A stretch of 64,000 nt of DNA, from assembly GCF_030144855.1 (NCBI RefSeq), contig NC_082730.1, forward strand, positions 14,880,001-14,944,000. The letters are read 5' to 3'. Source of the stretch: Hypanus sabinus. Lineage: Eukaryota. The notes under the pieces were generated by a model, which saw only the letters and a list, made by a program, of their open reading frames with translations, ran no database searches and was not told the origin of the DNA. Within the stretch, counting starts at the first letter, position 1, and every line of letters starts with the position of its first letter. Below are positions 36,964 to 51,858 of the stretch, piece by piece. Made by a program: the position numbers and the translations under genes.

Positions 36964-39596
36964 AGTATAAGATTCTCTCTACAGGTGGTTTCAATGTTAC
37001 TGCTTGAAAATAGAGCCAGTTGGGAGAAAAATATGTTTCTCTTTAACTGGTGTTAAACATATTTGACAGGATTAACATTGATGAAATGATGTATTGGAAA
37101 CTGCGTATTCCTGATTTTCTTGCATATGCATCAATCCTGAGATCAAAGATAAATTTCTTTTTCCAAATATTTAAAAATTTAAATAACACAGTTGAAGCTC
37201 ATGTTTTGATTCATAAAGTGCTTGTTGTGTGTTAGAACAACTGGCCCATCAGCCTGACACATCCAAATCAACCAAGATGTTCAAGTAGTTCAGCACATTT
37301 AATTTTATTTATTCCATACCCTCCTCTGCCAGGGATTCCCAACCTAGGATCAAGTTGAATCGAGTGAAGACAAGCTTATGGTCATATAACTGTAGAATGC
37401 ATACCATCAAATGAAACAATGTTTCTCCAAACAAAGGTGTAACACACATAGCACTTAGTAACATATGAAAGTAAGGATGAAATCTACAATTGGATTACAC
37501 ATAAATAAACAAACAAAGGTGCATAAATTAAGTATTAAAAGGAACAGGACAGATTAACCAGTGACACTGACTTCATGGACTCCTTAGTTGCACATGGCAT
37601 AAAAAGTTTGAAAACCCGTGTTCTAAGCCTTTGTTGCTCATGTATCTGTCAAAATATCTTTCGAATGTTGTAAATGTATCCCCTTCTATGGATTGCTATG
37701 GCAGATTGTTGCATACACCTGAAACCCTATGTGTATAACATTGCTTCTTAGGTATTTTTCCCAAATAAACGGAAGCCTGCACCTGCTTGCTTTTCCGTAC
37801 CCACCCCTTGTAAAAAGACAGTGATCATTCACCTCATCAATGCCCCTCATGATTTTATATACCTCTAATAAATGTCCCGTCAATATTCTAAGCTCCAGGG
37901 CAAAAATCACTGTCAATCCAACCCTCCATTGTGACTCTAGCCCTCCATCTCAGGAATGTCCTCATGATTTTTCTGCTCCACACTTTCCAGTCTCATGATA
38001 TCTTTCCAGTAACCTGAAGACCACAACTGCACAGGCAGGTGGTCTCACTAACAGCTTGTGCAGCCATAACATAACATAATAATCTTGTACAGAGTGCACA
38101 AACAAAATAAGTGTTCCAAATGGCTTCTTCATCATCCTGTCTACCTGTTTCATCACTTTCCGGAAACAATGTCCCTGGATGACTAGATCACTTTTTTGCA
38201 ACATTCTCCGTAGCTTCCTCCTACTATTTACTGTACATGTCTTGAACTGTTTCAACTTGCCAAAATGCAAAACCTCCAATTTGAAAAAGCCCACGGCAAT
38301 CCACTAACTCTTCCCACCAAGCCAATATTATATTCAATTTGTTTGCTCAGCCTGAACATTTGGGTCGTTATCAAAGGCCTTGCTAAGTCTCAGATAGACA
38401 ACATCCACTGCCCTTTCCTCATGAATCTGCTCAGTCTGTAATGAGCTCATGTGATTGTCAAACTGCTTGCCCTGGGGCATTCACTGCAGGACTTCTTCTG
38501 GGTCTGTTGAAGATGTTCCACAGTCCAGATGAGAAAAAATTTTGACATGATATTAGCAACAGTGCAACAATGAATGTGGAAACTGGTGTGGGATTTGGGG
38601 GAAGTTGACTTTTGTAGGAGAGCTGGTTTTAAGCAGATACAGTGTTTCCTTTATTAGATCCTTCAATGGTGAGTGCAGCGAGATCTGTAGATATTAACTC
38701 AGCTTCTCCCCATATGCTGATTGGTAAACACAAGTGTTCATACATACATAATTATACTTTTTGGATTTTTTTAATAATTTATATTTTTTATTGATTTTAA
38801 TGGCTTTCAGTGACTTGGTAAAGCACCCAATCTAACTGAAGACCCAACTTCCATTGACATGCTTTCTTGCTCTCCCCTCCTATTGGGCAGATATTACTGA
38901 AGTCTGAAAGCATGTACTACAAACTTCAAGGACAGCTTCTTTCTCACTGTTATAAAACTACCGGATGGTCTCCCATTATAATAAAATGGGCTTTTGATCT
39001 TCTAATCTACCTGGGCTTGCACCTTACAAGAACATCCTTTCTTTTTATTTATTGAAAGATTTGGTCCAGAATAGGCCATTCTGGCCCTTCAAGCCACACT
39101 GCCCCTTTAAAATCATGTTGACTATCCAAAATCAGATCTTGCCTTTGCATATTCAGGTAGAACCTGTCTCAGAGAATTGCTTCTGGTAATTTACCCACCA
39201 CAGATCTTTTGCTCACTAGCCTGGAAAGGGATTAGTTCAGTAATCTGTTGATTCAGAATTTTGGAAACACACTGAGACATCACTGGGCAGTGATAACGAT
39301 GACTCCAATCAAATAAAAATCGTTACTTGTTCTGAGGACATGATGAGGGACGATGCTGTTCTCTTTCCAGTCAATGTGGAATTCAATTACATCAATTGAC
39401 ATTGTGGTAGATTCCTTAGAACACATTATTTTTGCTTTCTTTATCATTTGTTTTTTTCTGTTTTGCTTCGGATCTAGAGGAACAATGATTTTGTTCTCCT
39501 TTACAATTGTGTACAGGAAATGACATTAAGTAATCTTGAATCTGCTTGTGTAAATTTGATTTTACCCATCCATTTTCAGAAGAATTTCTCCCTCAG

Positions 39597-39917
39597 TTTC
39601 GAGTGATTTATGGGCAGATGATAAAGTAAGAGGAGTTGTGGGAAGAGCGATCAGAATCGATTGTCACTATGCACCAATGTACCGTTCACACACAAAGTAT
39701 TTCTGCCACATAAGGAGTCACCAGTGCACATCCTTAGTGAATACAAATGGGCAAACTGAGCAAACTGGAAGAATGACAATCAGAGATAAGACATCCCAAG
39801 GAATATTTACTGTTACAATGGAGAATCTTGTCTTTCAAGATACAGGAGTTTACAGATGTGGAATTTCAACATCTGAAAAGACTCTGGTGATTGATGTGCA
39901 GCTACAAGTATATGACG
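39597..39917 (+). CDS. Ig V-type exon V5
   Basis: Same boundaries as V4, 321 nt, open. Differs from V4 by R>H, A>S and G>E. Confidence 0.87.
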
Positions 39918-41742
39918 GTAGGTTTCTCATTGATTACCTTTATGTCTCCAGTGAAATGTCTGATGCATATTTGTTCCAGGAAGTGCCAGGGAAGCATGGA
40001 TATCCTGAGGCTCCTCAGCAGTGCAGACGCTGTGGGGAGTGGGCAAGGGTCGGGGAACCCCACATGTTGTCCGTCCACTGACTGGCCAACAATTTCCACT
40101 GGAAGGCTCAGCACACTTTCCTGCCGTCTTATAGCACGTGGTCCACATCCCTCAAATCCCTCATTTTCATATCCTCGTCCAAAAGCTTCTTAAATATAGT
40201 TATGATATCCCTTTCTACCAGCTCATCTGACTGTGAGTTCCATGCAGTCAGCACCATCACTGTAAATATAACTCATCTTGCAAACATTCTTTAAACGTTC
40301 CACCTATTGCCTTCAAACTATGCTCACTATTATTTGATATTTCAACCCAGGGAAAAGATTCTGACCAACTTCCCTACTGAGACTTCTGTAACTTTAAAAA
40401 CCTCCATCAGGCCTCTCCTCAGCCTACTATACTGCAGCAAAAACAATCCAAGTTGATCAAACTTCTCCCTGTAGTTTCAATCCGGGTAACATTTAGTCAT
40501 TTATTTATTTATCTATCTATCTATTTATTTGTTTGTTTGTTTATTTGTTTGTTTGTTTATTTATTTCATTTATTCATTGATTAAGATAAAGCGTGGAATG
40601 GACATTTCAAGCCCATAGAGCTGTGCCACCCCGTAATCCCCCAAACTTAACCCCAGCCTAAACCTCCGACAATCAGCAATGCCCAATTAACCTACCAACT
40701 TCTCGGTCGTTCGACTGTGGAAGGAAACTGGAGCACCTGAAAGAAACCCACACAAACATAGGGAGAGCATAGAAACTCCTTACACACAGAAGCAGGAATT
40801 AGCTTGGGAAAGCCTTGTGCTAACCATTAGACTACAATGCCACCCTTGTGACATTCTGGTGACATCTTTACCATCTCTCTTTACCCTCACCTCCACATCT
40901 TTTCTATCGCGTTGCAATCAGATTTACAAATTACTGTGTGTCGCAAAAGTGCCCTAACCAGGGTCTTTTGAATCTACAAAATGCCTTTTCAGCTTTAGTT
41001 TCCAGTATGGAAAATGAAGAAGGAGAATGTGCTGAATGCTTTCATTTACATTATATCCACGAGGGTGCACTTTCAGTGAGCAATGGACTAGAACCCCAAG
41101 AACTCTCCTCATATCAATTCAAAAGGGATCCAGACATTAAATTCCAGGTGATGTAAAACTCCCCAATGCACGAGCAGCATTTGACGCCTCAGGGCCTCTA
41201 CTTGCAGGAGCTTAGAAGAATGAGCACGGAAAAGCTGCTGGTTGCGGAGAGGATGTTTCCTAAACTGTGGATCACTAGGACCAGAGGGCACAGACTCAGA
41301 AACAAAGAGAGATGAGGAGGAATTTATTTTGACAGAGACTGGCGAATCTGTGGAATTCATTGCCACAGGCAGCTGTGGAGGCCAAATGGTTGGGTATATT
41401 TAAAGCAGAACTCGACAGTTTTCTAGGATAACCACCAATGCTGTCTTTGCGAGTCAGGCTGTTGGGTGGCATTTAAACTGTGTCCTTGCTGCTGAGAGAG
41501 ATTGTAACTCTGATTTTCACGCAGATACATACTCAGTGTCGTTACTGCTGTCCTCATCTGGAGACCTGCTGTGTTCAGGGATAATGGCAGACAAGGCAGT
41601 TCAGTCAGGTACAAGGATGTAGAGACACAGAGAGGTAGAGGAGCTGCTGAGATTCCAGATGTGTGTGTCTTGGTTGAGATACAGAACTGCTGAAATTTTT
41701 AGTGTGTTTGATTTTCGTATGTTTTTTGGTTGTTTTCCACAG

Positions 41743-42063
41743 AACCCGTGTCTGTTCCATTACTTCGATTTTCACCACTAACAAGAGGCTCAAGTTGTGG
41801 GAACTATGTGTCAGCGTTCTGTGAGCCTGTGCATGGATCCCTTCCCATTCTGTACTCATGGTACGAAAAGACCCCATCTGGGGATTCAAAGATCTCTGAT
41901 ACCAATAAACTGGATCTACATTGTCAATCCTTAAAACACAATAACTATCTGTATTATTGCAATGCCTCAAATGCGAATGGAACAAAGTCCAGTGAAATGA
42001 TCAGAATGTCCACTTCCAACAATGTCAGGAACTGCAGATATGTGATTGAAGTCAACAGAATGG
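41743..42063 (+). CDS. Ig C2-type exon C5
   Basis: AG/GT boundaries, 321 nt, open. Differs from C4 by Q>L (GSLPILY) and Y>H. Confidence 0.87.
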
Positions 42064-43865
42064 GTAAGTAGTGCAGAGATTGATTCGTTTTGATGGTCAA
42101 TGGAGTACAACTGAATGACTGATGTGTACTGGATATTGTATTATTGGAACACAATATCCAATACATATGGCTTAGATGGTAAGGGGCTCCTGCTGCTTCG
42201 ATACGCACCTGTGCCTGGGACTCGCTGCCTTGATTTGGCCCATACCTGTCCTTTACTTTCCGGCCTGAAGTTTAAATCAGTCAGACTATCTCTTCTTCCT
42301 CCCTCTCATTCTACCAACTGTTTTGGTCTGATGAAAGATGTTCTTGTTCTGGAAGGAAGCCAGCAAAGGATCAGCAGACTGATTTCTGGGATGTCATGAG
42401 TGACACAGAACAGAGAAGCGGTTGATTAGCTTTTCATTTGCTAGTGTTCAGCAGGCTGAAAGGTGATCTCAGAGAAACCTGCAATATTTTACCAGGCTGA
42501 TACAAACGCAGTTAGGACACTTCCATTACCCAGGAATTCTGGATAGTCAAGAGAATCTCAGCTCCAAGAGGATCACAAACTTGTTCTTAGATTTGGAGTC
42601 TTGCATGCCTCAATAACCTGTAAATGTATGTTGGCTGGAGTGAGGGCTTTATGCATTGGCTCTTTGTAGGGTCACCCATGCCTAAATAGGTCAAAGTGCA
42701 GAGGCCAGACTCAGAGTGATCCACCACTCCTCCAGGTTCGGGGATTTAGCTCAGGACTAATAAACCTGTGTGTTAAAACAAAATGGTTATGGAAACAGGA
42801 ATGTAGAATCCTTTTACTTCAGTGATTTATGGTATTGCTCCATCTCGATTCGGGATGTGCATGACTGTCAGCAGTGAAGACCAAGAGGAATCTACTGACA
42901 TGTTGAGGGAAGCCCTGAACAACTCCAGAGATGGAAAACCTGCACTGTTTCCCTCAAGCCCAGTGGTGTAATGGGCAGTAAGTAAGTAAGCATGGAGGAT
43001 CAGAAATTACCTGAATGGTGAGACACTTAAGAAAGGGAATTAGGAAACATTTCTACTCCCAGAATGTGTTGAATCAGTATTCAAGAAAGATGGAGTTATT
43101 TTTCTCAGAGGTAGACCCATCAAGAGATATGGGAAACAAAAGACTTGCCTTTTAATTGAAAATGTCTCCTGCATTATCCTGTTGGACAAAAAGTGTACTT
43201 GAACCATTATCGCCCTGAATACTCAAGTACAGCTATGACCACATCTGCAGAGAGTGTTGGGGACCTAGAAGGAGATTTCCGGATGCTGGCTGAGGCCATC
43301 TCCCTGGCTGGACCCTTCCCTAATTAGACAGAATTAGAGACTCCTCATTCCAAGACCTTTAACTTCTCCAGATGCATCTCCACAACATCAGTTTCTGAGT
43401 ATGGGGAAGAATCTAAGGCGTCTGTAAATGTAATTGGGTGCACAGTAGAACAGCAACTAGTGATCAGTGATCAGGGCCCAATTCCAGCCACTGTCTGCAA
43501 GTTGTTTGTAAGTTCTCCCAGTGACTGCAGGTGTTTTCTTCGGGTGCCGTGATTTCCTTCAGCATTACAGAGACACACAGGTTAGCTTTGGTAAGTCATA
43601 GGCAAGCTGTTCTGGCACTGGAAGCATGGAACAATTGCAGACTGCCCCCAGCACTTATTTTGTGATGGTCATTGTAAATGATGAATTTCACTGATTGTTC
43701 TGATGTACATATAACGAAAAAAGGTTATCTTTAATATTTTATTGTGCAGTAAGTATTGATCACTTTTGGTCCACCATGCTCAGGTACCTATTGGTCTAAC
43801 AATTGTGCTCTTTTGTTCCTCTAAATACAAAACAGACAAAATTGAATTTTATTTTCTTTTAGCAG

Positions 43866-43948
43866 GGAGAATTCATTTCTGTGAAAACACTGTGACAGAA
43901 TCGATGACAACTGCACAAAGAGAAAAAACTACTTCACCTGAAATGTAA
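43866..43948 (+). CDS. Terminal stalk/tail exon T5
   Basis: TTTTCTTTTAGCAG acceptor; RIHFCENTVTESMTTAQREKTTSPEM-TAA. Confidence 0.6.
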
Positions 43949-45832
43949 AGTATAAGTTCCTCTCTACAGGTGGTTTCAATGTTACTGCTTGAAAATAGAG
44001 CCAGTTGGGAGAAAAATATGTTTCTCTTTAACTGGTGTTAAACATATTTGACAGGATTAACATTGATGAAATGATGTATTGGAAACTGCGTATTCCTGAT
44101 TTTCTTGCATATGCATCAATCCTGAGATCAAAGATAAATTTCTTTTTCCTAATATTTAAAAATTTAAATAACACATTTGAAGCTCCTGTTTTGATTCATA
44201 AAGTGCTTGTTGTGTGTTAGAACAACTGGCCCATCAGCCTGACACATCCAAATCAACCAAGATGTTCAAGTAGTTCAGCACATTGAATTTTATTTATTCC
44301 ATACCCTCCTCTGCCAAGGATTCCCAACCTAGGATCAAGTTGAATCGAGTGAAGACAAGCTTATGGTCATATAACTGTAGAATGCATACCATCAAATGAG
44401 ACAATGTTTCTCCAAACAAAGGTGTAACACACATAGCACTTAGTAACATATGAAAGTAAGGATGAAATCTACAATTGGATTACACATAAATAAACAAACA
44501 AAGGTGCATAAATTAAGTATTAAAAGGAACAGGACAGATTAACCAGTGACACTGACTTCATGGACTCCTTAGTTGCACATGGCATAAAAAGTTTGAAAAC
44601 CCGTGTTCTAAGCCTTTGTTGCTCATGTATCTGTCAAAATGTCTTTCGAATGTTGTAAATGTATCCCCTTCTATGGATTGCTGTGGCAGATTGTTGCATA
44701 CACCTGAGACCCTATGTGTATAACATTGCTTCTTAGGTATTTTTCCCAACTAAACAGAAGCCTGCACCTGCTTGCTTTTCCGTACCCACCCTTTGTAAAA
44801 AGACAGTGATCATTCACCTCATCAATGCCCCTCATGATTTTATATACCTCTAATAAATGTCCCGTCAATATTCTAAGCTCCAGGGCAAAAATCACTGTCA
44901 ATCCAACCCTCCATTGTGACTCTAGCACTCCATCTCAGGAATGTCCTCATGATTTTTCTGCTCCACACTTTCCAGTCTCATGATATCTTTCCAGTAACCT
45001 GAAGACCACAACTGCACATGCAATTTGAAAAGTGGTCTCACTAACAGCTTGTGCAGCCATAACATAACATAATAATCTTGTACAGAGTGCACAAACAAAA
45101 TAAGTGTTCCAAATGGCTTCTTCATCATCCTGTCTACCTGTTTCATCACTTTCCGGAAACAATGTCCCTGGATGACTAGATCACTTTTTTGCAACATTCT
45201 CCGTAGCTTCCTCCTACTATTTACTGTACATGTCTTGAACTGTTTTAAATTGCCAAAATGCAAAACCTCCAATTTGAAAAACCTCACGGTAATCCACTAA
45301 CTCATCCCACCAAGCCAATGTTATATTCAATTTGTTTGCTCAGCCTGAACATTTGGGTCGTTATCAAAGGCCTTGCTAAGTCTCAGATAGACAACATCCA
45401 CTGCCCTGTCCAGATGAATAGTAATGAGCTCAGTCTGTAATGAGCTCATGTGATTGTCAAACTGCTTGCCCTGGGGCATTCACTGCAGGACTTCTTCTGG
45501 GTCTGTTGAAGATGTTCCACGGACCAGATGAGAAAAGAATTTGACATGACATTAGCAACAGTGCAACAATCAATGTGGAAACTGGTGTGGGATTTGGGGG
45601 AAGTTGACTTTTGTAGGAGATCTGGTTTTAAGCAGAGACAGTGTTTCTTTTATTAGATATTCAATGTTGAGTGCAGCGAGATCTGTAGATATTAACTCAG
45701 TTTCTCCCCATATACTGATTGGTAAACACAAGTGTTCATACATACATAATACATCCATACATACATACATCTTGAATCTGCTTGTGTAAATTTGATTTTA
45801 CCTGTCCATTTTCAGAAGAATTTCTCCATCAG

Positions 45833-46153
45833 TTTCGAGTGATTTATGGGCAGAAGATAAAGTAAGAGGAGTTGTGGGAAGAGCGATCAGAATCGATTGT
45901 CACTATGCACCAATGTACCGTTCATTCACAAAGTATTTCTGCCGCATAAGGAGTCACCAGTGCACATCGTTAGTGAATACAAATGGGCAAACTGAGCAGA
46001 CTGGAAGAATGACAATCAGAGATAAGACATCCCAAGGAATATTTACTGTTACAATGGAGAATCTTGTCTTTCAAGATGCAGGAGTTTACAGATGTGGAAT
46101 TGCAACATCTGGCAAGACTCTGGTGTTTGATGTGCAGCTACAAGTATCTGACG
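45833..46153 (+). CDS. Ig V-type exon V6
   Basis: TTTCTCCATCAG acceptor, G|GTAGGT donor, 321 nt, open. Confidence 0.87.
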
Positions 46154-47014
46154 GTAGGTTTCTCATTGATTACCTTTATGTCTCCAGTGAAACGTCTGAT
46201 GCATATTTGTTCCAGTACGTGCCAGGGAAGCATGAATATCCTGAGGCTCCTCAGCAGTGCAGACGCTGTGGGGAGTGGGCAAGGGTCGGGGAACCCCACA
46301 TGTTGTCCATCCACTGAGTGGCCAACAATTTCCACTGGAAGGCTCAGCACACTTTCCTGCCGTCTTATAGCACGTGGTCCACTTCCCTCAAATCCCTCAT
46401 TTTCATATCCTCGTCCAAAAGCTTCTTAAATATAGTTATGATATCCCTTTCTACCAGCTCATCTGACTGTGAGTTCCATGCAGTCAGCACCATCACTGTA
46501 AATAAAACTCATCTTGCAAACATTCTTTAAACGTTCCACCTATTGCCTTCAAACTATGCTCACTATTATTTGATATTTCAACCCTGGGAAAAGATTCTGA
46601 CCAACTTCCCTACTGTGACTTCTGTAACTTTATAAACCTCAATCAGGCGTCTCCTCAGCCTACTATAATGCAGCAAAAACAATCCAAGTTTATCAAACTT
46701 CTCCCTGTAGCTTCAATCCGGGTAACATTTAGTCATTTATTTATTTATCTATCTATCTATCTATTTATTTGTTTGTTTGTTTGTTTGTTTATGTATCTAT
46801 TTATTTATTTCATTTATTCTTTGATGAATAATGAGACCTGCTGTGTTCAGGGATAATGGCAGACAAGGCGGTTCAGTCAGGTACAAGGATGCAGAGAAAC
46901 AGAGAGGTAGAGGAGCTGCTGAGATTCCAGATATGTGGGTCCTGGTTGAGATACAGGACTGCTGAAATTTTTAGTGTGTTTGATTTTCGTATGTTTTTTG
47001 GTTGTTTTCCACAG

Positions 47015-47335
47015 AACCCGTGTCTGTTCCATTACTTCGATTTTCACCACTAACAAGAGGCTCAAGTTGTGGGAACTATGTGTCAGTGTTCTGTGAGCCT
47101 GTGCATGGATCCCTTCCCATTCAGTACTCATGGTACGAAAAGACCCCATCTGGGGATTCAAAGATCTCTGATACCTTTAAACTGGATCTACATTGTCAAT
47201 CCTTAAAAGACAATAACTATCTGTATTATTGCAATGTCTCAAATGCGAATGGAACAAAGTCCAGTGAAATGATCAGAATGTCCACGTCCAACAATGTCAG
47301 GAACTGCAGATATGTGATTGAAGTCAACAGAATGG
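47015..47335 (+). CDS. Ig C2-type exon C6
   Basis: CCACAG acceptor, G|GTAAGT donor, 321 nt, open. Confidence 0.87.
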
Positions 47336-49152
47336 GTAAGTAGTGCAGAGTTTGATTCGTTTTAATGTTCAATGGAATACAACTGAATGACTGATGTGTA
47401 CTGGATATTGTATTATTGGAACACAATATCCAATACACATGGCTTAGATGGAAGGGGTTCCTGCTGCTTCGATATGCACCTGTTCCTGGGACTCGCTGCC
47501 TTGATTTGTCCCACACCTGTCCTTTACATTCTGGCCCGAAGTTTAAATCAGTCAGACTATCTCTTCTTCCACCCTCTCATTCTACCATCTGTTTTGGTCT
47601 GATGAAGGATGTTCTTGTTATGAAAGGATGCCAGCAAAGGATCAGCAGACTGATTTCTGGGATGTCATGAGTGACACAGAACAGAGCACCGGTTGATTAG
47701 GTTTTTATTTGCTGGTGTTCAGCAGGCTGAAAGGTGATCTCAGAGAAACCTGCAATATTTTACCAGGCTGATACAAGTGCAGTTAGGACACTTGCATTAC
47801 CCAGGAATTCTGGATTGTCAAGAGAATCCCAGCTCCAAGAGGATCACAAACTTGTTCTTAGATTTGGAGTCTAGCATGCCTCAATAACCTGTAAATGTAT
47901 GTTGGCTGGAGTGAGGGCTTTATGCATTGGCTCTTTGTAGGGTCACCCATGCCTAAATAGGTCAAAGTGCAGAGGCCAGTCTCAGAGTGATCCACCACTC
48001 CTCCAGGTTTGGGGGTTTAGCTTAGGACTAATAAACCTGAGTGGTAAAACAAAATGGTTATGGAAACAGGAATGAAGAATCCTTCTACTTCAGTGATTTA
48101 TGGTATTGCTCTGTCTCGATTCGGGACGTGCATGACTGTCAGCAGTGAAGACCAAGAGGAATCTACTGACATGATGAAGGAAGCCCTGAACACCGCCAGA
48201 GATAGAGAACCCTCACTGCCGCCCTAAAGGCCTGTGGTGTAATGGGCAGTAAGTAAGTAAGCATGGAGGATCAGAAATTATCTGAATGGTGAGACACTTA
48301 GGTCAGGGATTAGGAAACATTTCTTCTCCCTGTATTCAAGAAAGGTAGAGTTATTTTTCTCACAGGTAGACAGATCAAGAGATATGGGAAACAAAAGACT
48401 TGCCTTTTCATTGAAAATGTCTCCTGCATTATCCTGTTGGACAAAAAGTGTACTTGAACCATTATCTCCCTGAATACTCAAGTACAGCTATGACCACCTC
48501 TGCAGAGAGTGTTGGGGCCCTAGAAGGAGATTTCCCGATGCTGGCTCAGGCCATCTCCCTGGCTGGTCCTTTCACTAATTAGACAGAATTACAGTCTCCT
48601 CATTCTAAGAACTTTAACTTCTCCAGATGCATCTCTACAACATCAATTTCTGAGTACGGGGAAGAATCTAAGGCGTCAGCAAATGTAATTGGGTGAACTG
48701 TAGAACAGCAATAATAAATGTAATTGGGTGTACAGTAGAATCAACAGTGATCAGGGCCCAATTCCAGCCACTGTCTGCAAGTTGTTTGAAAGTTCTCCCA
48801 GTGACTGCAGGTTTTCTTCGGGTGCTGTGCTTTCCTCTAGCATTACAGAGATGCACAGGTTAGCTTTGGTAAGTCATAGGCAAGCTGTTATTGCACTGGA
48901 AGCATGGAACACTTGCAGGCCCAGTAAGTGCCCCCCAGCGCTTATTCTGTGATGGTCATTGTAAATGATGAATTTCACTGAGTGTTCTGATGTACATATA
49001 ACGAAAAAAAGTTATCTTTAATATTTTATTTTGCAGTAAGTATTGATCACTTTTGGTCCACCATGCTCAGGTACCTATTGGTCTAACAATTGTGCTCTTT
49101 TGTTCCTCTAAATACAAAGCAGACAAAATTGAATTTTATTTTCTTTTAACAG

Positions 49153-49235
49153 GGAAAATTAATTTCTGTGAAAACACTGTGACAGAATCGATGACAACTG
49201 CACCAAGGGAAAAAACTACTTCACCTGAAATGTAA
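49153..49235 (+). CDS. Terminal stalk/tail exon T6
   Basis: TTTTAACAG acceptor; KINFCENTVTESMTTAPREKTTSPEM-TAA. Confidence 0.6.
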
Positions 49236-51858
49236 AGTATAAGATTCTCTCTGCAGGTGGTTTCAATGTTACTGCTTGAAAATAGAGCCAGTTGGGAGAA
49301 AAATATGTTTCTCTTTAACTGGTGTTAAACATATTTGACAGGATTAACATTGATGAATCATGTATTGAAAATGGAGTATTCCTGATTTTCTTACATATGC
49401 ATCAAGCCTGAGATCAAAGATAAATTTCTTTTTCCAAATATTAAAAAATTTATATATCGAAGTTGAAGCTCATGTTCTGAGTCATAAAGTGCTTGTTGTA
49501 TGTTAGAACAACTGGCCCATCAGCCTGACTCATCCAAGTCAACCAAGATGTTCATGTCGTTCAGCACATTTAATTTTATTTATTCCATACCCTCCTCTGC
49601 CAGGGATTCACAACCTAGGATCAAGTTGAGTCAAGTGAAGTCAAGTTTATTGTCATATAACTATAGAATGCATTCCATCAAATGAGACAAAGTTACTCCA
49701 AAGAAGGGTGTAACGCACATAGCACATAGTAACATATGAAAGTAAGGATGAAATCTACAATTGGATTACACATAAATAAACAAACAAAGGTGCATAAATT
49801 AAGTATTAAAAGGAACAGGACAGATTAACCAGTGACACTGACTTTATCGACTCCTTAGTTGCACATGGCATAAAACGTTTGTAGACCCCTGTTCTAAGCC
49901 TTTCCCGCTTATGTATCTGTCAAAATGTCTTTTGAATGTTGTAAATGTATCCCCTTTAATGGATTTCAATGGCAGATCGTTGCATACACCTGAGACCCTA
50001 TGTGTATAACATTGCTTCTTAGGTACTTTCCCAGCTAAACGGAAGCCTGCACCTGCTTGCTTTACCGTACCCTTCCCTTGTAAAAAGACAGTGATCGTTC
50101 ACCTTATCAATGCCCCTCATGATTTTATATACCTCTAATAAATGTCCCGTCAATATTCTAAGCTCCAGGGCAAAAATCACTATCAATCCAACCCTCCATT
50201 GTGACTCTAGCCCTCCATCTCAGGAATGTCCTCATGATTGTTCTGCTCCACACTTTCCAGTCTCATGATATCTTTCCAGTAACCAGAAGACCACAACTGC
50301 ACATGCTATTTGAAGAGTGGTCTCACTAACAGCTTGTACAGACATAACATAACATAACAATCTTGTACAGAGTGCCCAAACAAAATAAATGTCCCAAATG
50401 GCATCTTCATCATCCTGCCTACCTGTTTCATCACTTTCTGGTAACAATGTCCCTGGAGGACTAGATCACTTTTTTGCAACATTCTCCATAGCTTCCTCCT
50501 ACTGTTTACTGTACATGTCTTGCACTGTTTTAACTTGCCAAAATGCAAAACCTCCAATTTGAAAAACCCCACGGCAATCCACTTACTCATCCCACCAAGC
50601 CAATGTTATATTCAATTTGTTTGCTCAGCCTGAACATTTGGGTTGTTATCAAAGTTAAGTTTCAGATAGACAACATCCACTGCCCTGTCCAGATGAATAG
50701 TAATGAGCTCAGTCTGTAATGAACTTATATGATTGTCAAACTGCTTGCCCTGGGGCGTTCGCTGCAGGACTTCTTCTGGGTCTGTTGAAGATGTTCCACA
50801 GTCCAGATGAGAAAAAAATTTGATAAGACATTAGCAAGAGCGCCACAATCAATGTGGAAACCGGTGTGGGATTTGTGGGGAGTTGACTTTTGTAGGAGAG
50901 CTGGTTTTAAGCAGTCATAGCGTTTCCTTTATTAGATCCTTCAACTGCGAGTGCAGTGAGATCAGCTTTTCCCCATATCCTAATGGGTACACAGAAGTGT
51001 TCATACATACATAATTATACTTTTTCGATCTTTTTAATAATTTATATTTTTTATTGATTTTAATGCCTTTCAGTGACTTGGTAAAGCACCCAATCTAACT
51101 GAAGACCCAACTTCCACTGACATGCTTTCTTCCTATGGGGCAGGAATTACTAAACTCTGAAAGCATGAACTACAAACTTCAAGGACAGCTTCTTTCTCAC
51201 TGTTATAAAACTATCGGATGGTCTCCCAGTATAATAAAAAGGGCTCTTGATCTTCTAATCTCCCTGGGCTTGCACCTTACAAGAACATCCTTTCATTTTA
51301 CTTATTTAAAGATTTGGCCCAGAATAGGCCATCCTGGCCCTTCAAGCCACACTGCCCCTTTATAATCATGTTGACTATCCAAAATCAGATCTTGCCTTTG
51401 CAAATTCAGGTAGACCCTGTCTCAGAGAATTGCTTCTGGTAATTTACCCACCACAGATCTTTTGCTCACCAGCCTGGAATGGGATTGGAGCAGTAATCTG
51501 TTGATTCAGAATTTTGGAAACACACTGAGACATCACTGGGCAGTGATAACGATGACTCCAATCAAATAAAAATCATTACTTGTGAACAGCTCTGAGGACA
51601 TGATGAGGGACGATGCTGTTCTCTTTCCAGTCAATGTGCAATTCAATTACATCAATTGACATTGTTGTAGATTCCTTAGAACACATTATTATTGCTTTCT
51701 TTATCATTTGTTTTTTTTTCTGTTCTGCTTCAGATCTAGAGGAACAATGATTTTGTTCTCCTTTACAATTGTATACAGGAAATGACATTAAGTAATCTTG
51801 AATCTGCTTGTGTAAATTTGATTTTACCTGTCCGTTTTCAGAAGAATTTCTTCCTCAG

